This document shows positions 1-8,387 of a stretch of 20,000 bases of DNA, piece after piece. The stretch covers positions 56,076 through 76,075 of IMG/VR virus record IMGVR_UViG_3300027969_000080; one strand, given 5' to 3'. This stretch comes from an uncultured virus (IMG/VR IMGVR_UViG_3300027969_000080). Its lineage: Duplodnaviria; Heunggongvirae; Uroviricota; Caudoviricetes. A model generated the notes under the pieces. It was not told the origin of the DNA and searched no databases. It worked only from the letters and a program-made list of their open reading frames with translations. Position 1 is the first letter of the stretch; the number at the start of each line of letters is the position of its first letter. The position numbers and the translations under genes are program-made.

Positions 1-635
1 AGACTACCACCAATACCAGTAGCGATATCTCCAACTGTTCTCTGAATAGCTTCACCTACACCTACTAGACCGCCACCAGCTGATTGAATTGCATTATCAT
101 AGCGTAATGTTAGTGCAATAGTTACTGCTTCGTTAGTTGCATAGTTCAATGTGTTATAGTTTGCAGTTTGAATAAAGCAACCATATAATTCCCATGTTTC
201 TAACACAACAGGACCTTGGGTTCCATTGCCGCCGTCTAGTATTTCAATATCAGTTTGAAATTTATAATCTTGACCACTAGCTGCACTTGCTTGTTCAACA
301 AAGTCCATTTGCTTCTGTAATTGTTGTCCTACTAATGCAGACACAGTACCAGATGCATCATCACGAATGTTAATAGCAAGTGTTTGCCATGTTGCTTTAC
401 CTGCCAAATACATAGTTGAGTTATATACTGGTATTGTTATTTCTTGAAATTGTACTTGTGGTCTAGCGCAGTCAATAACTTGCTTAGTTAAACTTACGGT
501 ATCACCAGCAGTTCCAATATTTAAAAAATTTACTCTGAACCTAAATTGTAGTTTAGGCATTAATAAGCCCTGATTGCCGCCGGCATTATCAGATGCTACT
601 GTCATGTTGAACAATGATTGTGAGGCTGTTGCCAT
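1..635 (-). CDS. gp19: Tail tube protein (T4 gp19-like), runs off the left edge of the window
   Basis: Not in the ORF track; translated by hand from ATG at 635 as MATASQSLFNMTVASDNAGGNQGLLMPKLQFRFRVNF...YLAGKATWQTLAINIRDD...LETWELYGCFIQTANYNTLNYATNEAVTIALTLRYD, open to position 1. It has tube-type motifs (AGK-W, W-L-GCF, LTLRYD), an SD AGGAGA at 644-649, and lies directly after the sheath gene. Confidence 0.88.
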   Translation of the reverse strand, partial: MATASQSLFNMTVASDNAGGNQGLLMPKLQFRFRVNFLNIGTAGDTVSLTKQVIDCARPQVQFQEITIPVYNSTMYLAGKATWQTLAINIRDDASGTVSALVGQQLQKQMDFVEQASAASGQDYKFQTDIEILDGGNGTQGPVVLETWELYGCFIQTANYNTLNYATNEAVTIALTLRYDNAIQSAGGGLVGVGEAIQRTVGDIATGIGGS

Positions 636-657
636 TTTATGTTTCTCCTGTTAATAT

Positions 658-665
658 TATTTATC
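658..665 (-). promoter_or_regulatory. T4-late-like promoter box GATAAATA for the tail tube gene
   Basis: Variant of T4 TATAAATA lying 22 nt upstream of the ATG; the same motif recurs before most structural genes in the window. Confidence 0.7.
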
Positions 666-673
666 TTAAATCA

Positions 674-699
674 AAGATAACCCCTTTCGGGGTCATCTT
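674..699 (-). terminator. Stem-loop after the tail sheath stop (terminator or mRNA-stabilising hairpin)
   Basis: Minus strand reads AAGAUGACCCC-GAAA-GGGGUUAUCUU (11 bp with one G-U pair, GNRA loop), followed by UGAUUU. Confidence 0.7.
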
Positions 700-3600
700 A
701 TAATGCTTTTATCTCACCTGTGTTTAATACTCTAACTGGAATATAAATGAATTCAGCTGCCTTGACTGGTTCGATTGCAACATCTACCCACAACTCATTC
801 CTATCTATTCTTGCAGGAGTATTGTTTGATTGATCACAAATTACAAGATAATCATATATGCCTCGTTTTGCAACTAAATCAATCATCAATGTTTGTATTA
901 CACCTTGAATCTGATTACGTGTTAACGCATCGTTTGGCTCAAATACAAACGGTCTTGACGCTAACTCTAGTTGCCTACGAATATAAGCAATCAATCTAGC
1001 AACATTGGTTCTATCTAATGCACTTTGACTATCGTAACTTGTCTTGTTACCATAATTTAACAATCCAACACCAGTGAAGAATACTAATGGATTGATAAAG
1101 TTAATATATAATACATCACGAATTCCTAAGCGGGTCTTGATAGTTATAAATTCACCTGTAGTACTATCTAAATATCCAATGTTTGTAGCATTGTCAATGT
1201 TACCTCTACGTGTACCTGCTGCTGCTAACCAAGGATACGCAATTGTATCATTGCGTAAGAAAGTACGTAACATCATGTGACTTGGTGGAACTGCAACAAT
1301 ATTACCTGATAAGTCTGAAGTCAATCCACTTGGATAGAACAAACCTAAGTAAGTATTGCGTGTTACACAACCTTCTTCACCTGTACTTGTAGCACCAGCT
1401 GCATTAGTTGCCCATGCTTGAATTGCAGTTGCAGTTGCTGGTAATCTCATTGGAGTATCACCTAGTATGTATGCTGTCTCACCGCGATCTGCGTTCAATA
1501 CAACCATGTTAGGTTGTAGTTCTGGATAGTTAGGTGTAGCCATCAAGTTAAAGAAGTTATCTTGATCACGCAAATCAGTATTAGTATCAATTGCTGAACG
1601 CAATGCTTTTACAACCATTTGACGTTGTGCTTTACGACCCATATATGGACTACCATTTGATTGTAAACCACTTACACTTAACCATGTTGCAGTCTCTGTT
1701 GGAAGAGGACCATCTGGGTATTTTGTGCCAGTGAAATAGTTTGATTGATACTCTTTAACATTGTATCCTGAACGGCGTGTGTTGAATAATAACATACCAG
1801 TTGGATATAGTGCAGGATCGGGTGCATCTAAATCTAAGTAGTCACTAGTTAAAAGACTAGTGATTGTTGGAATAGGATCATCAACCACATTAGTGACGCC
1901 ATTTGTTGCCCAACGTGCATCAGCAAACAATACACCAGTTGAACTAGTTTGGTTGCTATTATCAATCAATACCCACATATCTGTTGCACTGACAGTATCA
2001 TACTGCCAACGACTGATAACTGGGTAATTTTCTAAATCGCTTGTGTCAATCCACAAGTCACCGTAAACTAATGCAGTGTCATCACTTTGCAAAGTTGGCT
2101 CAGTAGCACTAATGATAGGACCATTTGGATCTGTTGCATTTACGCCTGTAAATGAAGGGAAACCATTATTATCATAATTTATGTTTTTATAACCATTCCA
2201 TTGACCATTGGCTTGAACCATGATATCAACTTCATCAACCACGCTATAGTACCATGGTGTTCCGTTCGCTGGATTTGCAACTGGTGCTATTTCGTTTATC
2301 GTGTATGTTAAGTAACCCCAATTACTTATTTGTGTATTGAAAACATTATTTGCGTTTCCAGAAACAAAAGTCACCGCAGTTACTCCGCCGCTTCCATTTA
2401 CTGATACAACTTCTAATACCAAATCATTTGTAGTAGTTGAACCTCCTAATAAAGCACCGCTTGTAGTTAATGTATTGCCAACTGAATAACCTGTGCCAGC
2501 TGCGGTTACTCCATTTCCAGTAATTTGATATGTATCAAAAACATTAGTAGAAACTTGAATTGTGCAATTTGAGCCGGCTCCACCTGTTGTTGCTATTCCA
2601 GTATAAACATTTGTTTGGGCTGGCCCTATTTTTGTATAAGCTGTATTTAGAGTATAGTCTAATCCAACTTGAGTTAAAATACCAGCACTTTTACCTTGAT
2701 TAGCACCTGCAGTTTGAATGTAATCATTTAATATGATTTGACCGCCCTCAGTGTGAGTTAATACAATTGCTCCGTCACTGTTGACTTCAGCACTAGTATA
2801 GTCTATACTCTGTGCAGACCAAGCTGTGACAAATTGCGTAGGAGTACAACTATCTGGAATAGTAACTTGATATTGACTTGATAATATGTTACTGTTTGGA
2901 ATACTTGTTTGTACATATAATACTGCTGAACCTAAGCTATAGTTTAAATTAACAATAAAATTAGTTTCAGATCCTGTACAGACTGTAGGCCCAGCCGCTA
3001 GTTTTGTAAAAATGAACGTAGGAGAAGTTGACCCAATTCCTACCCCATTTAAATTATTAAATGAATTGTATTGTCCATATATACTTCCAACCGGAACTGC
3101 TTGTCCACCAGTAGCATCTAAACTAGAATCAATATCCCAATCGTCCATTGCTAGATTGACAGTTTGTGCAGTCCATGCAGCAGTCACTGCATTATATTTT
3201 GATATAATAGGATTTAAACCAAGACCGTTTGACCCAACTTTAATCCAAACTGAACCTGTTGGGTGAGGATATTGTTGACTACTGGTCCATAGTGGCATTT
3301 CTGCTGAAGTACCATATTCAACTTTTGGTTGATAATAAATTCCTGTATCTATACCTAAATCATCTAATACAGTTCCTGTCCCAGTTACAATTTCAAAATA
3401 TGGATTATCTGTAGTAGGTTGTGATGAATATATATTTAATTTACCTGACACAACTGAAGCATTCACGTAACTATACCCTAAATTATTAATTGCTGTTGCA
3501 ACACCGGCAACATTATTGTTAGTAGAAGCCGGAACAGTTACTGTAATATTAAATAAATTGTTCACACTTATGATAAAAGTATCGGCTGCGGTTAATGTAG

Positions 3601-4294
3601 GATTAGAATTTGTTCCTTGCACGGTTGGCCAAGAGTTTGCCCAGCTTCTACTACCTAATAATACCCAATTATTACCTATTGATTTATAAAAATATTGATT
3701 ACCGGCTCCATAGCTTGCACTATAGTTAGGAACAACACAATAATCACCAATATTTCCAATACTATCTGCTGGATAATTACCTGTCAGATACGCTGTATCA
3801 TTAATAACTATAGGAGTCTTTACACTAAAAGTACCAGTGGTAGCATTAAATTGATAAATGCCCCAAGCACTGGTAGTAATATTTTGCCAGTATTCATTAG
3901 CAGTCGGTGCACCAGACGGACGACCAACTGTACCTACGAACGCGGCTAAATCAATATCTGCTCTCAAGCAGTATACACGATTGGTAACACCAAGTGCAGA
4001 ATATGCAGCTAATAAGCCATATTCATTTAACTCGTAACCTTGAATAGGTGTGCCATTGGTTGTTGTGTAGAAGAAAGGTACCCCATAGAAATCTGCTAAG
4101 TCTTTTTGACTTGTGATTTGATATAGTTTCCCTGCGTTAGCAGCAGTAGTACCAGCAGCTACACCAGTTCCAGAAGGATTTGATTTATTTTGTGCTGTTG
4201 CGAAAACTACTAGCGGTACTGAATTAGTTGCGGCTGGTAAATATTGACTTTGGTCAATGATTGTTACTTGTACGCCTGGAGATGTTAATGCCAT
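698..4294 (-). CDS. gp18: Contractile tail sheath protein (T4 gp18-like) with large internal insertions
   Basis: N-terminal LTSPGVQVTIID; C-terminal sheath motifs VPPS, PWLAAAGTRRG, INP, GNKT, LDRTNVARL, FVFEPND, YDYLVICDQSNNTPARIDRNEL and PVKAAEFIYI; adjacent to the tube gene. Confidence 0.95.
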   Translation of the reverse strand: MALTSPGVQVTIIDQSQYLPAATNSVPLVVFATAQNKSNPSGTGVAAGTTAANAGKLYQITSQKDLADFYGVPFFYTTTNGTPIQGYELNEYGLLAAYSALGVTNRVYCLRADIDLAAFVGTVGRPSGAPTANEYWQNITTSAWGIYQFNATTGTFSVKTPIVINDTAYLTGNYPADSIGNIGDYCVVPNYSASYGAGNQYFYKSIGNNWVLLGSRSWANSWPTVQGTNSNPTLTAADTFIISVNNLFNITVTVPASTNNNVAGVATAINNLGYSYVNASVVSGKLNIYSSQPTTDNPYFEIVTGTGTVLDDLGIDTGIYYQPKVEYGTSAEMPLWTSSQQYPHPTGSVWIKVGSNGLGLNPIISKYNAVTAAWTAQTVNLAMDDWDIDSSLDATGGQAVPVGSIYGQYNSFNNLNGVGIGSTSPTFIFTKLAAGPTVCTGSETNFIVNLNYSLGSAVLYVQTSIPNSNILSSQYQVTIPDSCTPTQFVTAWSAQSIDYTSAEVNSDGAIVLTHTEGGQIILNDYIQTAGANQGKSAGILTQVGLDYTLNTAYTKIGPAQTNVYTGIATTGGAGSNCTIQVSTNVFDTYQITGNGVTAAGTGYSVGNTLTTSGALLGGSTTTNDLVLEVVSVNGSGGVTAVTFVSGNANNVFNTQISNWGYLTYTINEIAPVANPANGTPWYYSVVDEVDIMVQANGQWNGYKNINYDNNGFPSFTGVNATDPNGPIISATEPTLQSDDTALVYGDLWIDTSDLENYPVISRWQYDTVSATDMWVLIDNSNQTSSTGVLFADARWATNGVTNVVDDPIPTITSLLTSDYLDLDAPDPALYPTGMLLFNTRRSGYNVKEYQSNYFTGTKYPDGPLPTETATWLSVSGLQSNGSPYMGRKAQRQMVVKALRSAIDTNTDLRDQDNFFNLMATPNYPELQPNMVVLNADRGETAYILGDTPMRLPATATAIQAWATNAAGATSTGEEGCVTRNTYLGLFYPSGLTSDLSGNIVAVPPSHMMLRTFLRNDTIAYPWLAAAGTRRGNIDNATNIGYLDSTTGEFITIKTRLGIRDVLYINFINPLVFFTGVGLLNYGNKTSYDSQSALDRTNVARLIAYIRRQLELASRPFVFEPNDALTRNQIQGVIQTLMIDLVAKRGIYDYLVICDQSNNTPARIDRNELWVDVAIEPVKAAEFIYIPVRVLNTGEIKAL

Positions 4295-4346
4295 TTTATT
4301 TTTCCTTTAGTAAAATTATGAGGTTTACAACCTGATTGCATACTAT

Positions 4347-4354
4347 TATTTATG
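4347..4354 (-). promoter_or_regulatory. Late-like promoter box CATAAATA for the tail sheath gene
   Basis: ATAAATA core about 52 nt upstream of the sheath ATG, followed by an AAGGA SD. Confidence 0.65.
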
Positions 4355-4382
4355 AATAAATTGAAAAAAGTCGGTATAATAA

Positions 4383-4396
4383 AACCTTCGAAGGTT
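4383..4396. repeat. Perfect 14-bp palindrome AACCTTCGAAGGTT
   Basis: Self-complementary sequence between two divergent late boxes; followed by UUAUUAU on the minus strand. Confidence 0.6.
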
Positions 4397-4399
4397 AAC

Positions 4400-4407
4400 T
4401 ATAAATA
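4400..4407 (+). promoter_or_regulatory. T4-late consensus promoter TATAAATA for the HNH-like gene
   Basis: Exact T4 late consensus, 4 nt upstream of the ATG at 4412. Confidence 0.65.
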
Positions 4408-4411
4408 CATT

Positions 4412-4765
4412 ATGATACTTCAACGTCCAATCTGTAAAAAATGTAACAGGAATCATGCGGCCGTAAACTATAAGCGCAATGAAGTCACACATTATAGAAG
4501 CATATGTGATGAATGCGGTAAGAAAAAGAAAAAGCAAAAACCACTCAAAGCTAACTGGACTAAGAGTGGTTACAAGAAAAAAGCCACATGCGATTTATGT
4601 GGCTTTAAAAGTCTATATCTATCACAGATAACTGTATTTCACATTGATGGGAATCTAGAACACATTGAGCATACTAATCTACGCAGCATATGCTTAAACT
4701 GTGTAGAAGTAGTTAAGAAAAAAGATGTTACTTGGCGCCGGGGAGACCTTGAGATTGACTATTAA
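4412..4765 (+). CDS. Zinc-binding HNH-endonuclease-like protein, possibly degenerate
   Basis: Four CxxC pairs (CKKC, CDEC, CDLC, CLNC) and VFHIDGN...NLRSICLNC. The start is moved from 4352 to the in-frame ATG at 4412 because the extension overlaps promoter elements. Confidence 0.7.
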   Translation: MILQRPICKKCNRNHAAVNYKRNEVTHYRSICDECGKKKKKQKPLKANWTKSGYKKKATCDLCGFKSLYLSQITVFHIDGNLEHIEHTNLRSICLNCVEVVKKKDVTWRRGDLEIDY

Positions 4766-5387
4766 TTATCTCATAAATCTTATTGTGTAAATCGTCAATT
4801 GTAGTGTTATTCTCTACGATGAAATCGTAGTTTAATCCTATACTACTATACTCGCTAGCATGAATTTTTAGTCTGTCTAACTTAGTTTTACTCACTGACC
4901 AACTAGCATTGCCATTTGGTCCTTTATTATATGATACCGCAGCATCGTACCATTTAGGATCAGGTCCGCGCTTTACTCGTAGTGCTATTCCGTTTGCATT
5001 TTTGATAGCAGCAACCTCATTATCAAACCTACAGTCTGTGATTACAATATCTTCTTTAGTATTTATTAGCTTGTGTTCTACGCTAGCAACCCAGATATCA
5101 TTGTGAAAGTGATTGCGACATACGTCTGTGCCCCAATATTGTAGTACCCACCTTGGTGTGATGTCCATTCCTAGACGATTGCTCCACCACTCGTCACGCT
5201 TTTCACGCCATGTTCTACTAGCTTTTGTCGTACCTTCTAGATATTCTCGGTCCCAACCAAAGACTGCTGCTACTGCATCTTTGAGACTAGCAGCAAAGCT
5301 AACTCGTTTAAAACCATGATGTGTTGTGAGATAGTCGGCAATCGTGTCTTTACCTGAACCAATCAAACCAGTGATGCCAATAATCAT
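4728..5387 (-). CDS. Deoxynucleoside monophosphate kinase (T4 gp1-like)
   Basis: P-loop IIGITGLIGSGKDT plus SFAASLKD, TPRWVLQYWGTDVCR, VITDCRFDNE and HASE motifs. The SD AGGAG at 5397-5401 supports a start at 5387 rather than 5408. Confidence 0.9.
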   Translation of the reverse strand: MIIGITGLIGSGKDTIADYLTTHHGFKRVSFAASLKDAVAAVFGWDREYLEGTTKASRTWREKRDEWWSNRLGMDITPRWVLQYWGTDVCRNHFHNDIWVASVEHKLINTKEDIVITDCRFDNEVAAIKNANGIALRVKRGPDPKWYDAAVSYNKGPNGNASWSVSKTKLDRLKIHASEYSSIGLNYDFIVENNTTIDDLHNKIYEIINSQSQGLPGAK

Positions 5388-5412
5388 AAAAGAAAACTCC
5401 TGTAACATACTT

Positions 5413-5418
5413 ATTATA
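5413..5418 (-). promoter_or_regulatory. Possible -10 box TATAAT upstream of the dNMP kinase gene
   Basis: TATAAT lies just upstream of the SD, but there is no recognisable -35 at 17-nt spacing. Confidence 0.35.
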
Positions 5419-5450
5419 TTACAGTAATGTGAAAAAGAAAAGAGTTTAGG

Positions 5451-6248
5451 TTAACCTTGTACCCATGTCAATGGCTGACTGTAATCCACATATTTCTTCA
5501 ATTCTTCGATTAGTAGTTCCATCGCTGCTTTGCCCTCTGCTTTCATAGCAGTACCGTTCAATGTCGTGCCGCCACCTGGACCGGCGATAGTGCTAAATTT
5601 CTCACGGGCTTCACCGATGATTAATTTAAGATTAGCTAAGATAAAGTCACCAATCCAAACACCAGCCCCAGGATCCTGCAGTAATATTTCTTCTGTCTTT
5701 TGTACGTCAGCCCATATCAATACACGCTCACCGGATCCTTTTGGATCACGCACAATACGCAATACTTTAGACACTGGGTTGAATGTGTATGTCACATAAC
5801 CACCGAACATCCTTGCTGCTAACTCAACATAACCTGCATAAAAGTCATATGTTGCCATACCACCTGCATAGTTATAGTTCAACAAGTAGGTGTTTAAAAT
5901 AGCACTGCTGAACGGATCAAAACTGCTACTTGATGGGCCAGTTTCTAAACCAATCGTTCTACGGAAAATACTACGCACATTGATAAACTCAGCAGGTAGA
6001 GTGTAAGTATCTACATTCTTCTCAATGGTCATTAGAATATAAGATTCTTCTGTAGCAGCTTGTGCCCGTTGACGATAGACCTTGATAGCGTAGTTGTACG
6101 CTGCCTCGTAATGTTGAGGGTCCAATTCTAAATCAATAATACCGTCGCCTAAACGAAATGCTATGTTTTTGAAAAGACCTTCTTTTAACTCATCTAAAGT
6201 TAGACCAGATGGGGTAGAAAGAGGACTAGCGGTTGGATATGTTGACAT
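5451..6248 (-). CDS. gp13: Neck/head-completion protein (T4 gp13-like)
   Basis: N-terminal RLGDGIIDLELD and C-terminal KFSTIAGPGGGTTLNGTAMKAEG resemble the gp13 family (KF-G-LPGG-TLNG); it has a late box upstream and lies near gp14- and gp15-like genes. Confidence 0.8.
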   Translation of the reverse strand: MSTYPTASPLSTPSGLTLDELKEGLFKNIAFRLGDGIIDLELDPQHYEAAYNYAIKVYRQRAQAATEESYILMTIEKNVDTYTLPAEFINVRSIFRRTIGLETGPSSSSFDPFSSAILNTYLLNYNYAGGMATYDFYAGYVELAARMFGGYVTYTFNPVSKVLRIVRDPKGSGERVLIWADVQKTEEILLQDPGAGVWIGDFILANLKLIIGEAREKFSTIAGPGGGTTLNGTAMKAEGKAAMELLIEELKKYVDYSQPLTWVQG

Positions 6249-6287
6249 AAGTGTTACCTAATAGTATTATTTATCAGGTAACTTATG
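6246..6287 (-). promoter_or_regulatory. RBS/start-occluding hairpin with the late box GATAAATA (6268-6275) in its loop
   Basis: mRNA reads CAUAAGUUACCU-[16-nt loop]-AGGUAA(CA)CUUAUG: a 12-bp stem with a 2-nt bulge covering the SD-like AGGU and the AUG. Confidence 0.75.
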
Positions 6288-6477
6288 GATTGGGAGATTT
6301 ACCCTTCATGAACCTCAAGAAAGGTATTTCAGTTTCATCTACAAGCCGTGTTCTACCATCAAGGTGAGTGTATCCGTGTTTTGATTCTTTTTCGCAAACT
6401 GGACATAACCACCTTTCACCTAAATATAAGATTAACCAGACATGGCAATCGTCACAACTAGGACGACCTAAACCCAT
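6283..6477 (-). CDS. Small zinc-ribbon-like hypothetical protein
   Basis: 64 aa with CDDC and CPVC; its start overlaps the MazG-like stop (TAATG). Confidence 0.65.
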   Translation of the reverse strand: MGLGRPSCDDCHVWLILYLGERWLCPVCEKESKHGYTHLDGRTRLVDETEIPFLRFMKGKSPNP

Positions 6478-6917
6478 TACAAGTCCCCGTCTTGCCTATT
6501 CTCGCTGTAAAATGCATCAAACTGTCCACCGGGGTAACGTGATTCTAGTTTTCTTACATTCTCAGCAATCACTTCATTAGGATCTAGATTCAATGCACGA
6601 CATGCATTAATCCAATACCACATAACATCGCCTAGTTCCCGTTTCATATGGTAAACAGCATCATCGGTAAGTGCTTTTCCTTGAAAAAGAATCTTCTTGG
6701 GCACTTCGATAAACTCACCACTTTCTGCTGCTAATCCGAAACAGGCTGTAATCAGTAACGGGATGTTAACATCAGGTCCATGTTTCAATTCACCGTCAAA
6801 CACTTCATAATTAGCATCTAATCGGTCGCAGGTGTCTATGAACGCAGTCAAACTAACACTGGGGTTACTAGTGACTGCTGCTACAAACTCTTGGTATTTA
6901 TTTAAATCAATCTTCAT
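6477..6917 (-). CDS. mazG: MazG-like nucleotide pyrophosphohydrolase
   Basis: GLAAESGEFIEVPKK...KRELGDVMWY...NVRKLESRYP carries the ExxE...ExxD metal motif of all-alpha NTP-PPases. Confidence 0.88.
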   Translation of the reverse strand: MKIDLNKYQEFVAAVTSNPSVSLTAFIDTCDRLDANYEVFDGELKHGPDVNIPLLITACFGLAAESGEFIEVPKKILFQGKALTDDAVYHMKRELGDVMWYWINACRALNLDPNEVIAENVRKLESRYPGGQFDAFYSENRQDGDL

Positions 6918-7102
6918 ACATAATCCTTAAACATTTGTTTTCTACCTTCTTCACCTAACGTACTGTTAAAAATTTCATCAGTACGCTGTAGCATTGCACA
7001 GGCTAGCATTAGCATTTCTTCCCTACTATCAGTCAATTCAATTGACTTGTCAATCAAAACCATTATTTCATCCATTCGGACTTTTACATGTTGTCTATCC
7101 AT
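6914..7102 (-). CDS. Hypothetical small helical protein
   Basis: 62-aa ORF starting 1 nt after the upstream stop, with an ATGA overlap with the MazG-like gene. Confidence 0.7.
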   Translation of the reverse strand: MDRQHVKVRMDEIMVLIDKSIELTDSREEMLMLACAMLQRTDEIFNSTLGEEGRKQMFKDYV

Positions 7103-7103
7103 T

Positions 7104-8267
7104 TTAGAACGCTTTCAAAATAATCATGCTTTCGTTAAATCTTCCGTTCGGTGCTGCACCTACTGCTTTGATATCTTTGAAATACTTACGTGCAGCGGGT
7201 TTGCTTCCCATCACCTCTTTGATTTGCTCACCGGGCTTGCGTAGTGTTTTCATCTCGCTAGTGTTCGCATCAAACCCTAGCAGGGTGTTACCTTTAACAC
7301 TGAACACTTTGCTGTACTCGTCAGCAATGTAATGATGCAGTTTACGCTTACCTGTATCATACACCCACGCCTCACTTGCACCGTGAAGTTTAGTAGGATG
7401 CACACTAACTAAATCAAGTTTAGCTGCAACGTCCTTGAACAACTTTAAGTACTTAAGTTTAGCAACAATCTTCTCAACTGGGATTGCTTTGCGTTTACGC
7501 GGAGCCTTGCTTGCTTTCTTGATGCTGATATAACTGTTCAAGTCACCTAGCACACCGTCAATGAATTTTAAAATGTTACGAATTTGAATCTTACCTAAAA
7601 ACGCATAACCTTCTTTCAATGACTCGTCACCATCACTTAGACGCTGGAATTCATCTTGCTTACGCTTCCAGATTTCAACAATGATTGGGATATGTTGTGG
7701 CATGACATTGTATTTTGCAACAATATCAACTGTCTTTTCTGACGCTTTGCCCTTAGTGACAAAATCGTCAATCATCCCTTCCATCTCACCTGCGGCATCT
7801 CGTGCTTTTTCACGCAATACTTCTTGAATGTTGGGTCGGGTGGATACAGTTTCTTCTTTCACAATACTAGTTTGACTAGTTTTTACTTCACTAGTGGTCA
7901 GTGATTTTACCAATCTTTTAATATCATTTTGTAATGTGAGTTCTTCATGCTCAGTCAATTGTAGACCACGCATAGTCATACGTCCGACCCAGCACAATGT
8001 CATAATGAATTCGCTTTCATGCACTTTTCTAAGTAGTTTAGCATCATCTGTTCGTTTGTTGTAATCCAAATATTGGCACAACAATTCTTTTGCATCTTTT
8101 TTACTGTAGAATCGGTTGTACCATGTGAAACTTCTAGCAAGCGCCGAGAATCGTTGTTCAGTATCGGGCTGCACTGGGAAGAAGGGTTCTTCACCCATGT
8201 ATTTCGTATCAGCATCACGTGGGTTGAGTGCTTTTACAAACTGGTCTTCTGTGGGTTTTCTAGCCAT
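7104..8267 (-). CDS. Hypothetical protein, first gene of a sigma70-driven operon
   Basis: 387-aa Lys-rich ORF with a GGAG SD and a consensus promoter upstream; function not recognised. Confidence 0.85.
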   Translation of the reverse strand: MARKPTEDQFVKALNPRDADTKYMGEEPFFPVQPDTEQRFSALARSFTWYNRFYSKKDAKELLCQYLDYNKRTDDAKLLRKVHESEFIMTLCWVGRMTMRGLQLTEHEELTLQNDIKRLVKSLTTSEVKTSQTSIVKEETVSTRPNIQEVLREKARDAAGEMEGMIDDFVTKGKASEKTVDIVAKYNVMPQHIPIIVEIWKRKQDEFQRLSDGDESLKEGYAFLGKIQIRNILKFIDGVLGDLNSYISIKKASKAPRKRKAIPVEKIVAKLKYLKLFKDVAAKLDLVSVHPTKLHGASEAWVYDTGKRKLHHYIADEYSKVFSVKGNTLLGFDANTSEMKTLRKPGEQIKEVMGSKPAARKYFKDIKAVGAAPNGRFNESMIILKAF

Positions 8268-8297
8268 ATATTACTCCAAAGTTTCAATTGAATACGT

Positions 8298-8326
8298 ATT
8301 ATAACACAGGAACCATTTAATGTCAA
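8298..8326 (-). promoter_or_regulatory. Consensus sigma70 (early-type) promoter
   Basis: TTGACA (8326-8321), a 17-nt spacer ending in TGT, then TATAAT (8303-8298): perfect -35 and extended -10. Confidence 0.9.
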
Positions 8327-8359
8327 CTGTTTGGGTAATACGCCCTCGTCTGTATTTAC

Positions 8360-8367
8360 GATAAATA
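8360..8367 (+). promoter_or_regulatory. Late-like promoter box GATAAATA for the gp14/gp15-like unit
   Basis: 20 nt upstream of the ATG at 8388 and divergent from the sigma70 promoter. Confidence 0.7.
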
Positions 8368-8387
8368 AGTAATAAAGTGAAATAAAT

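Noticed and set aside
775..3949. Short plus-strand ORFs inside the tail sheath gene
   Set aside because: They are antisense shadows of a well-supported gene, with no RBS or recognisable motifs. The same applies to the other nested ORFs in the track.
4361..4380. TTGAAA...TATAAT as a sigma70 promoter
   Set aside because: The spacer is only 8 nt.
4346..4537. 63-aa hydrophobic minus-strand ORF
   Set aside because: It is antisense to the Lys-rich HNH-like gene, which explains its hydrophobicity, and it runs through promoter elements.
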